Of a stretch of 64,000 bases of DNA, positions 39,532 to 48,264 are shown in pieces (position 1 is the stretch's first letter; each line of letters begins with the position of its first letter). The DNA lies in the NCBI GenBank assembly GCA_040766645.1, contig JAXGQA010000002.1, positions 37,424-101,423 of the forward strand, written 5' to 3'. Under the pieces are notes generated by a model. The model was not told the origin of the DNA, did not search any database, and worked only from the letters and a program-made list of their open reading frames with translations. The DNA is from Christensenellales bacterium (GTDB lineage Bacteria > Bacillota > Clostridia > Christensenellales > UBA1431). The position numbers and the translations under genes are program-made.

Positions 39532-40870
39532 ATGAAAGATTATCCACACCCGTGCGGCTGGACCGGATGGGTGCAAGGGCTGCACAAACTGCATAGTATT
39601 GTCCCACGCAAGCCATACGTCAGCGTGGGGCAAGGCCTGCATCATCGCGGGCGAGCGCTGCAATGATCGCGGCGAATGCGCGGCAAATCTCCACCACGCC
39701 AAGATAGCCGTGACCGACGGGATGGAGAGCATGGAGCGTTTCCGGTACCGCATCGCGCTGCCGGCGCCGTCGCTGTACGGGCAGTTCAAGAACCTCCAGT
39801 CCATCGACCGGCTGCTGGACGCGCTTATTAACATCGGGTTCGACGACGTGTTCGAGGTCGCGCGCGGGGCCGACATGGTGACCGAGGCCACGCGCAGGCT
39901 TTGCCGCCTGGTGCGACAAGCGGCCGCTGATATCCTCTGCCTGCCCGGCGGTGTGCGGCTTATCCGCGTGCGTTTCCCCGCTTCTGCAGCACATATCCAA
40001 CATCGACTCGCCCATGGAGGTGGCGGCCACCATCGCCCGGCGAGTTCGCTGCGCGGCGTCAGCCCCGACGAGATAGGCGTTTTCTTCATCACGCCCTGCG
40101 CGGCCAAGATGACCAGCGTGATGAATCCCCTGGGACGGCCCACCACCGGCGTGGACGGGACCATATCCATCGTAGACATTTTCGGGGTTCTCAACGCGCA
40201 GCTCGGGCAGGCGGATATGAAGCGGCACGGCCTGAAGGCGCACGCGCTGCCCGCCGGCGTCGGATGGGCGGCGACCGGCGGCGAGGGCGAGGCGCTGGGG
40301 CGGGACAGCCACCTGTCGGTGGACGGGATACACAACATCATCCGGATGTTCGAGGAAGTGGAGAACGGGAAGTTCTCGGACCTGAAGTTTATCGAGGCGC
40401 TGGCCTGCACCGGCGGGTGTCTGGGCGGGCCGCTCACGTTTGAGAACAGCTACGTCGCCAAGATGCGGCTGGCGGGGCTCATCGCCAACATGCCCCGCGG
40501 ACAGGGGATGTCCGAGGCGGACATCGCGTTCGCGCACAGCGACAGGATGTATCTCAGCGAGCCGATAGAGCCTCTGCCCGTCGAGCGGCTGGACAGCGAT
40601 ATCGGGGAGGCCATCAAAAAGCTGGAGCGGGTCAATGCGCTCAGCGAGATACTGCCCGGGCTGGACTGCGGCTCCTGCGGCTCCCCCAACTGCCGGACGC
40701 TGGCCGAGGACATCGTGCGCGGGGACGCCGTGGAGCTGGACTGCATATTCCTGCTGAAAAACAAGGTCGCCTACCTCGCCAACGAGATGGTGAAGCTCGC
40801 GAGCGTGGACCATGCCTTCGACCAGCCGGAGCAGGCGGAGGGCGGCCCCAAACCAAAGGAAAGAGGTTGA
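39532..40870 (+). pseudogene. [FeFe]-hydrogenase-like protein (2x[4Fe-4S] ferredoxin N-terminus + Fe_hyd_lg_C-type domain + C-terminal CxxCxxxxC Fe-S motif), putative redox/H2 sensor; frameshifted as assembled
   Basis: ATG at 39532. CKGCTNC and CIDCGEC-type motifs are recoverable around 39560-39690 after frame correction. IALPAPSLYGQFKNL ... FDDVFEVARGAD. H-cluster-like Cys contexts: SSACPAVVRLIRVRFP (other frame, ~39930), FFITPCAAKMTS, IEALACTGGCLGGP. C-terminal LDCGSCGSPNCRTLAEDIV. Confidence 0.75.
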
Positions 40871-41214
40871 GGGACTTGACGGTAGCACAGCTTATGGAGC
40901 TTATCGACGGGACGCTTTTGACACAGGCCGGGACCGACAAAGAAATTTCCTCGGGGTGCGTGTGCGACCTTCTGAGCTGGGTGATGGCCCACGCCAGGCC
41001 GGGCGGGGTGTGGGTCACCGTGCAGACCCACTTGAACGTGGTGGCGGTCGCCGAGCTTAGTGACCTTGCCTGCGTGGTCCTGCCCTGCGGCATGGAGATG
41101 GAGCAGGCGGCCCTGGAAAAGGCGGGGGAGACGGGGCTTGCCGTCCTGTCCAGCCCGATGAGCGCTTTCGACATTGCCGGCATCCTGTACGCGCAGAACG
41201 TCAGGGGTGCCTGA
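40867..41214 (+). CDS. DRTGG-domain protein (second copy)
   Basis: LTVAQLMELIDGTLLTQAGTDKEISSGCVCDLLSWVMAHARPGGVWVTVQTHLNVVAVAELSDLACVVL ... AGETGLAVLSSPMSAFDIAGILY. TTG start overlaps the preceding stop. Confidence 0.7.
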   Translation: MRDLTVAQLMELIDGTLLTQAGTDKEISSGCVCDLLSWVMAHARPGGVWVTVQTHLNVVAVAELSDLACVVLPCGMEMEQAALEKAGETGLAVLSSPMSAFDIAGILYAQNVRGA

Positions 41215-41217
41215 AAA

Positions 41218-41937
41218 ATGAAGCTGGCGGCGGACCTGCACATACACAGTTGCCTGTCCCCCTGCGGGGACGACGACATGACGCCCAACAACATCGTGAA
41301 CATGGCCTATATCAAGCAACTGGGCGCCATAGCCGTTACCGACCACAACAGCGCGAAGAACCTCCCCGCCGTCGCGGAGGTTGCCAAAGCGCGCGGGCTG
41401 GTGCTGGTGCCCGGGCTGGAGGTGCAGACGCGGGAGGAAGTGCACCTTCTGTGCTATTTTGGGGAGTTGGAGGACGCGCTCCGGTTCGGCGACGTTCTAT
41501 ACGCGCATCTTCCCGGACTGCCGGCCAGCCCGGACGTGTTCGGCGAACAGCGCATCCTTAATGAAAATGACGAGCTTATCGGGACGGAACCCAGGCTTTT
41601 GATACAGTCGCTGGACCTGAGCATCGAACAGGTGGCCGCGTTGACCCGGGAGTACGGCGGGCTGGTGGTGCCCGCCCACGTTAACAAATCCGCAAACTCC
41701 ATTTTCTGCAACCTTGGTTTCATACCGCCGGGACTCGACTTTCCCGCGCTGGAAGTGTACAGAAAGGCGCCGCTTCCCGACGCCGACCTTTCCGGATACC
41801 ACCTTATCTACGCGTCGGACGCTCACTGCCTTTCGCAGATACTTGAGGCCGAGTTTTTCGTCGATGTAGAAACCTGCTCGGCCCGGGGCGTGCTGCGCGC
41901 ACTCCGGCGCTCTGACGGCCCGGAGGGCCTGCCCTAA
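41218..41937 (+). CDS. PHP-domain (polymerase/histidinol-phosphatase-like) metal-dependent phosphoesterase
   Basis: MKLAADLHIHSCLSPCGDDDMTPNNIVNMA ... AVTDHNS ... GLEVQTREEVHLLCYF ... PAHVNK ... ASDAH. Confidence 0.8.
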   Translation: MKLAADLHIHSCLSPCGDDDMTPNNIVNMAYIKQLGAIAVTDHNSAKNLPAVAEVAKARGLVLVPGLEVQTREEVHLLCYFGELEDALRFGDVLYAHLPGLPASPDVFGEQRILNENDELIGTEPRLLIQSLDLSIEQVAALTREYGGLVVPAHVNKSANSIFCNLGFIPPGLDFPALEVYRKAPLPDADLSGYHLIYASDAHCLSQILEAEFFVDVETCSARGVLRALRRSDGPEGLP

Positions 41938-42075
41938 AATGGTTATACAACAATCCTGAATAATTAGTGCATTTTTTGACGATGTATGATAAAATACAAA
42001 AGGTTGTGAAGGTCTTTTTGGTGTATTCATATAAAGTGGTTCATTTTTGCTTTGTTTAAGGAGGTTGTTCAAGGA

Positions 42076-42543
42076 ATGAGTCAGGACAAATTCGACCAAC
42101 TCCAGGCTGTGATCGACCAGTACAAGGACGCCAACGGCCCGCTGATGCCTATCATGCAGAAAGCGCAGGACATCTTCGGGGCGGTCACGTTCGAAGTGCA
42201 GCACTTCATAGCGGAGAAGATGGGCATCCCCATGACCGACGTATATGGCGTGGCGACGTTCTACTCGCAGTTTGCGCTCGAACCCAAGGGCGAGTATCTG
42301 GTGAGCGTCTGTCTGGGCACCGCATGCTACGTCAAGGGCGTGCAGAACGTGATGGAGCGCCTGAAGGAAAAGCTGGGCGTGGACGTCGGCCGGACTACCA
42401 AGGATGGCAAGTTCACGCTGGAAGCGACGCGCTGCCTCGGCTGCTGCGGCCTTGCGCCGGTCATGACCATAAACGAGAACGTTTACGGGCGTCTGGTTCC
42501 TGAAGACGTGGATCGCATCCTCGCTGAGTACGCGAAGAACTAG
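42076..42543 (+). CDS. NuoE-type [2Fe-2S] subunit (HydC-like) of an NADH-linked electron-bifurcating-type complex
   Basis: GPLMPIMQKAQDIFG ... VATFYSQF ... VCLGTACYVKG ... ATRCLGCCGLAPVMTIN. Confidence 0.85.
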   Translation: MSQDKFDQLQAVIDQYKDANGPLMPIMQKAQDIFGAVTFEVQHFIAEKMGIPMTDVYGVATFYSQFALEPKGEYLVSVCLGTACYVKGVQNVMERLKEKLGVDVGRTTKDGKFTLEATRCLGCCGLAPVMTINENVYGRLVPEDVDRILAEYAKN

Positions 42544-42558
42544 GGACCGGTCAGGGCC

Positions 42559-43116
42559 GTGGAAGAGATCTCGCTGCATGTGCTGGATATCGTCGAGAAC
42601 GCGATAGGCGCCTTAGCCACGTTTATACAAATCGAGATAGATGAGCAGGAAGCGGACGATACGCTCTGCGTGCAGGTGACCGACAACGGCAGGGGCATGC
42701 CGGCCGAATTCGCGGAAAAGGCCGACGACCCCTTCGTGACCACCCGGACGACGCGCAGAGTCGGGCTGGGGCTGCCGCTCTTCAAGCAGGGGGCCGTGGC
42801 CACCGGGGGCACGTTCGAGATACATTCCGAAATGGGCGCGGGGACGCGCGTCCGCGCGGTCTACCGGCGGTCGCACATCGACCGGCCGCCGCTGGGGGAC
42901 ATGGCGGGCACGGTGTTGGCCCTGATAGCCGTGAATCCCGATATCGATTTTGAATACGCACACCGGTACGGTGACAGGTCGTTCACGCTGGACACGCGGG
43001 AAGTCCGCGAAAAGCTGGGGGACGACGTTCCCCTGAGCGCGCCGATGGTTCAGGCATGGCTCAGGGACTACCTTCACGAGGGTGAAGCAGAACTTTATGG
43101 AGGTGTTGGCAAATGA
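42559..43116 (+). CDS. Histidine-kinase-like ATPase (HATPase_c only) embedded in the hyd operon
   Basis: HVLDIVENAIGA ... VTDNGRGMPAEF ... RRVGLGLPLFKQ ... GAGTRV. There is no HisKA or phospho-acceptor region. Confidence 0.75.
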   Translation: MEEISLHVLDIVENAIGALATFIQIEIDEQEADDTLCVQVTDNGRGMPAEFAEKADDPFVTTRTTRRVGLGLPLFKQGAVATGGTFEIHSEMGAGTRVRAVYRRSHIDRPPLGDMAGTVLALIAVNPDIDFEYAHRYGDRSFTLDTREVREKLGDDVPLSAPMVQAWLRDYLHEGEAELYGGVGK

Positions 43117-43481
43117 AATCTTTGCAAGAGCTTGAAGCTATCCGAAATGAAACGCTGGATTCCATGAACCTGAGGAAAGAGCACGACGGGACCCGCATCG
43201 TGGTCGGCATGGCCACCTGCGGCATCGCGGCCGGCGCCCGCCCCGTGCTTTTGAAGATTATGGAAGAGGTGCAGAAGCGCAACCTTTCCCACGTCGTCGT
43301 GGCCCAGACCGGCTGTATCGGCCTGTGCCGGCTCGAACCCATCGTCGAGGTGTTCAAGCCGGGACAGGAGAAGGTCACCTATGTGAAGATGACCCCCGAG
43401 CTTGCCTCAAAAGTGGTCGCCGAGCACATTGTCAACGACAATGTTGTGGAGTCGCAGACCATAGGCAAGTTCCAGGCATAA
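43113..43481 (+). CDS. Thioredoxin-like [2Fe-2S] ferredoxin
   Basis: IVVGMATCGIAAGARPV ... VAQTGCIGLCRLEPIVEV. ATG overlaps the preceding stop (ATGA). Confidence 0.8.
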   Translation: MKSLQELEAIRNETLDSMNLRKEHDGTRIVVGMATCGIAAGARPVLLKIMEEVQKRNLSHVVVAQTGCIGLCRLEPIVEVFKPGQEKVTYVKMTPELASKVVAEHIVNDNVVESQTIGKFQA

Positions 43482-43525
43482 CGGCAGCGTAAGGTTCATT
43501 TTCTTGTGTGTTAGGAGGATATGAC

Positions 43526-45320
43526 ATGGATTTCTATCGTTCACACGTTTTGGTATGCCATGGTACGGGGTGTACGTCTTCGGATTCGCCGGGCATAAAA
43601 AAACAGTTTGAAGAAGCTATAGCGGCAAAAGGGCTGGACAAAGAGGTGCAGGTGGTCATGACGGGGTGTTTCGGCCTCTGCGCGTTGGGTCCGGTGGTCA
43701 TCATATACCCTGAAGGCTCGTTTTACAGCCGCGTGACCGTTGACGACGTCGACGAAATCGTGGAGGAGCATCTGGTCAAGGGCCGTATCGTATCGAGGCT
43801 CCTCTATCAGGAGAGCATCGCTCCCGACGCCTCCATTCGCTCCCTTGAGGAAGTGGATTTCTATAAAAAGCAAAAGCGCGTGGCGCTGCGCAACTGCGGC
43901 GTCATCAACCCCGAAAAGATTGAGGAATACATCGCGATGGACGGCTACAAGGCGCTGGGTAAGGTCCTTACCGAGATGAAGCCGCAGGAAGTCATCGACA
44001 TCATCAAGGCTTCGGGCCTGCGCGGCCGCGGCGGCGGCGGTTCCCCACCGGCGTCAAGTGGAGTTTTGCGAGCAACAGCACCGGCCAGAAATACGTCATC
44101 TGCAACGCGGACGAGGGCGACCCCGGCGCGTTCATGGACAGGTCCGTGCTGGAGGGCGACCCCAACGTCGTGCTGGAGGCCATGGCCATCGCGGGCTATG
44201 CCATCGGCGCGTCCCAGGGGTACATCTATGTGCGCGCCGAGTACCCCATCGCGGTCAAACGCCTGGAGATCGCTCTCGGTCAGGCGCGCGAGATGGGCCT
44301 TTGGGCAAGGATATCTTCGGCACCGGCTTTGATTTCGACATCGAGATACGCCTCGGGTCGGGCGCGTTCGTGTGCGGCGAGGAGACCGCGCTGATGGCGT
44401 CCATCGAGGGCGAGCGCGGCGAGCCGCGGCCCCGCCCGCCGTTCCCGGCCATCAAGGGGCTTTTCGGCAAGCCGACCATCATCAACAACGTCGAAACCTA
44501 CGCCAACATACCGCAGATCATCCTGAACGGGGCCGAGTGGTTCGCTTCCATGGGCACCGAGAAGAGCAAGGGCACCAAGGTGTTCGCGCTGGGCGGCAAG
44601 ATAGAGAACACCGGACTTGTTGAGATTCCCATGGGCACCACCCTGCGTGAGATCATTTATGAGATAGGCGGCGGCATCCCGGGCGGCAAGGCCTTCAAGG
44701 CCGTGCAGACCGGCGGCCCCTCCGGCGGCTGCATCACCACCGAGAACCTCGATATCCCCATCGACTATGACAACCTCATCTCCATAGGCTCCATGATGGG
44801 GTCGGGCGGGATGATCGTCATGGACGAGGACAACTGCATGGTGGACATCGCCCGCTTCTTCCTCGACTTCACTGTCGACGAGTCCTGCGGGAAGTGCCCC
44901 ACCTGCCGCATAGGCACCAAGCGCATGATCGAGATGCTGGATAAGATCTGCTCCGGCAAGGGCGAAGACGGCGACCTCGAGCGCCTCGAAGACCTCGCGG
45001 CGACCATCAAGAGCACCGCTCTGTGCGCGCTTGGGCAGACGGCCCCCAACCCCGTGCTGTCCACCATCCGCTACTTCCGCGACGAGTACGAGGCGCACAT
45101 CAAGGAGAAGCGCTGCCCCGCGGGCGTATGCAAGCACCTCCTGCAGGTTATAATCGACAAGGAGAAATGCAAAAAGTGCTCGCTGTGCTCAAAGGTGTGT
45201 CCGGTGTCGGCCATCTCCGGTGTGGTCAAGGAAACGCCGTTTGAGATCGACCAAACCAAGTGTATCAAGTGCGGCGCCTGCATAGAGAAGTGCCCGTTCG
45301 GCGCCATTAGCAAGAAGTAA
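43526..45320 (+). pseudogene. NuoF-type NADH-binding flavoprotein subunit (HydB-like) with N-terminal [2Fe-2S] and C-terminal 2x[4Fe-4S]; two T-run frameshifts as assembled
   Basis: MDFYRSHVLVCHGTGCTSS ... GLRGRGGGG[F]PTGVKW (ggtttcccc reads ggttcccc at ~44041) ... [13 protein letters not shown] ... REMGL[L]GKDIFG (ccttttggg reads cctttggg at ~44300) ... [15 protein letters not shown] ... [10 protein letters not shown] ... [12 protein letters not shown] / [12 protein letters not shown]. Confidence 0.88.
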
Positions 45321-45335
45321 GCCCACAGGGCCGAG

Positions 45336-45370
45336 AAAAAGCCCTCCTGTCTTGCGGGAGGGCTTTTTTT
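45336..45370 (+). terminator. Strong rho-independent terminator directly after the NuoF-like gene
   Basis: aaaaagccctcc-tgtcttgc-gggagggcttttttt. Confidence 0.85.
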
Positions 45371-45392
45371 CCCATACAGGAGCGATAGAGCC

Positions 45393-46061
45393 ATGGACCT
45401 TGCTTTTGAACACGCCATAAAACACCCCGAGCGCCTCTGCGTCCGGATGGAGGACGGCAGCACATCCTTTGGCATCAGCCAGGACTGGCTGCCCAGCCGC
45501 TGGATGCGCAGGGCCGGCTGCGGGCCGTGCACGGCGTCCGGCATCTTCTTCTATCTTTCGAGGAAGGACCCGGCGCTGGAGCCGCTGTGCCCGTTTGCCG
45601 ACCCGGAAGCGCAGACGCTCACCCGCGAGCAGAGCGTCTGTCTGGTGTCGGCGGTGTGGAAGCACCTCACGCCCGGCAACAAGGGCGTGAACACGGTGCA
45701 GATGTTTTTGAGCGGGGCCATGGGCTACGCGCACCAGTCCGGCGTGGCGCTCACGCCGATGGATATGCATATACCCGGCATCGCGTCCCGCTACAGGCCG
45801 ATTTCGGAGTATGTGGATTTCATTCAGCAGGGGCTGGAGGACGACTGCCCGGTTGCCTTTCTGAACCTCTCCAACGGCGCCGAGACCAACCTCGACGGCT
45901 GGCACTGGGTCACCGTGGTCAGCCTGCGCCGCGATCCGGGCGATGCGAAGGTCCTGCTGGAGATTGCGGACGACACGAAGAAAAAGACGGTGGACTTCAA
46001 AAATGGTTTGGCTCCACCTTCTGGGCGGCGCGCTCGCGTGGTTCAAGGGTTGAGAGGATAG
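45393..46061 (+). CDS. Hypothetical protein, possible papain-fold (C39-like) cysteine peptidase
   Basis: ISQDWLPSRWMRRAGCGPCTASGIFFY (Q...GCGP Cys context) ... NLDGWHWVTVV (His). The C-terminus may continue in another frame (MWLHLLGGALAWFKG) after the A-run at ~46003. Confidence 0.35.
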   Translation: MDLAFEHAIKHPERLCVRMEDGSTSFGISQDWLPSRWMRRAGCGPCTASGIFFYLSRKDPALEPLCPFADPEAQTLTREQSVCLVSAVWKHLTPGNKGVNTVQMFLSGAMGYAHQSGVALTPMDMHIPGIASRYRPISEYVDFIQQGLEDDCPVAFLNLSNGAETNLDGWHWVTVVSLRRDPGDAKVLLEIADDTKKKTVDFKNGLAPPSGRRARVVQGLRG

Positions 46062-46311
46062 TCCTGACTCTGCACATCTTCTAAGGCAATACCGCGCAAA
46101 AGATCCGCCAGGACGGTACCCACGACTTAGTGCGGTGTTGCCCTAGTAAAATATGGTGTGCGTCCTCGTTTTTAACCCGGATGTTCCTCCAGCGCGTGCG
46201 CACAATCAACAAAACAGCCGTAAGCCGCTTCTGCGGCTTTTTCGTTTCAGCAGGCCTGCGTTTGTGGTATAGTATTACAGAAAATGGAAGGCATCTCAGG
46301 GGGATAAGCAT

Positions 46312-48264
46312 TTGGCCAAGGGCTACGAAGCAAGCGATTTGATGGTCCTGGAGGGAGGCCGTGCGCCTCCGGCCGGGCATACATCGGCTCGACCGGCGCG
46401 CGGGGCCTGCACCACCTGATATGGGAAATCGTGGACAACGCGGTGGACGAGGCCGCCAACGGCCACGCGACCCTGGTGGAGGTCACGCTGAACGGCGACG
46501 GCTCGGTCAGCGTGGTGGACGACGGTCGGGGCATACCGGTCAGCGTGCACCCCGACTACGGGGTTACCGGAGTGGAGCTGGTGTTCACCCGCCTGCACGC
46601 GGGCGGGAAGTTCAACAACGAGAATTACGCGTATTCGGGCGGGCTGCACGGCGTGGGCGCCGCGGTGGTCAACGCCCTTTCCGAATGGGTCGAGGTCGAG
46701 GTCGCCGTCGGCGGCTTTTTATACAGCCAGCGTTTCGAGAGCGTATACGACGAAAAGACGCGGAAGATTGAGCCGGGACGGCCGGCCGGGCCGCTTCAAA
46801 ACCGTGGGCGCACGCGCAGGAAGGGCACGAAGGTGACCTTTCTGCCCGACGCGGACGTCTTTACTTCAATAGATTATCACTACGAAACCGTGACCCACCG
46901 CCTGCGGGAGCTGGCCTTTTTGAACGGCGGCGTGCGGTTCTCCATTAAGGACGCGCGGGTGCGCGGCGCGGCGCGGGAGGACGCCTTCGTGTACGAGGGA
47001 GGCATCGCCGACTTCGTGCGCTACCTCAATCAGGACAAGACCGCGCTGCACGACGCGCCCATCACCATCGAGGGCGTCCGCGACGGCATACATGTCATGG
47101 CCGCCATCCAGTACAACGACACCTACACCGAAAACGTCGTTTCCTACGTCAACAACATCCCCACCGCCGAGGGCGGCATGCACGAAACCGGCTTCAAGGC
47201 CGCGCTGACCAGGGTGATGAACGAATACCTCCGCCGCACCGGCGTGCTCAAGGAAAAGGACGGGAACCTCGCGGGCGAGGATTTCCGCGAGGGCCTGTGC
47301 GCGGTGCTGGCGCTGAAGATGCAGAACGTTCAGTTCGAGGGGCAGACCAAGGGGAAACTGGGGAACCCCGAGGCGCGGCCGGCGGTGGAAGCATTGGTGG
47401 CCGAGCAGCTGGGGGCGTATCTCGAGGACCTCAGGAACGCTGACGCCGCAGCCAGAATAGCGGGCAAGGCCGTGCAGGCGGCCAAGGTCCGCGAGGCGGC
47501 GCGCAAGGCCAAGCACATGGCCCGCGAGCGCACCAAGCTGGAGAACGCGCCGCTTATCGGGAAACTGGCGAGCTGTACCGGGCGCAAAGCGGCCGAGAAC
47601 GAGCTTTTCATTGTAGAGGGGGACAGTGCGGGCGGCAGCGCCAAGCAGGGGCGCGACCGGCGGTTTCAGGCCATACTGCCCCTGCGCGGAAAGCCGCTGA
47701 ACGCCGAGAAAAAACGGCTGGACCAGGTGCTGTCCAACGAAGAATTCCGCGTCATCATCGCCGCGCTGGGGACAGGCATCGACGAGGATTTCAGCCTCTC
47801 GTCCCTGAAATACGGCAAGATCATCATACTCTCTGACGCCGACCAGGACGGCGCGCACATCCGTGCCATACTGCTCACCTTCTTTTTCCGGTATATGCGC
47901 GGGCTGATAGCCGGCGGGCATCGGTGTTCACCGGCATGCCGCTGTATAAAATAACCCGATAGCGACCGTGCAGTACGCCTATACCGATGCCGAGCTGGAG
48001 CGTCTCTACCCGCGACAAAAAGGGTACACGCTCCAGCGCTACAAGGGCCTTGGCGAGATGAATCCGCAGCAGCTTTGGGAAACGACCATGGACCCGATGC
48101 GCCGCTCGCTGATACGCGGGGATAGAGGACGCGGCCGAGGCCGAGCGGCGGTGATCGTGCTGATGGGCGACCAGGTGGAGAAGCGCAAGCAGTACATCGC
48201 CGACCACGCCGATTTCAACCGGCAGGACACGTTTGCAGCAAAGGAGGGCAGGGACGGTGACTAA
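46312..48264 (+). pseudogene. gyrB: DNA gyrase subunit B, several frameshifts as assembled
   Basis: TTG at 46312: (M)AKGYEASDLMVLEG..EAVRLRPG.YIGSTGARGLHHLIWEIVDNAVDEA, with indels at ~46345 and ~46375. Intact middle (ORF 46431..47954): HAGGKF ... EGDSAGGSAKQGRDR ... LPLRGK ... ILSDADQDGAHI. Tail: LQRYKGLGEMNPQQLWETTMDP ... LMGDQVEKRKQYI, with more indels at ~47910-47965 and ~48125. Confidence 0.93.

Noticed and set aside
39540-39548. Perfect DnaA box TTATCCACA, and the proximity of gyrB-gyrA, as a hint of a replication origin.
   Set aside because: There is a single box, and it lies inside a coding region. There is no cluster of boxes, no AT-rich unwinding element and no dnaA, dnaN or recF in the window. 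The 46.06-46.31 kb region upstream of gyrB shows no DnaA-box array.
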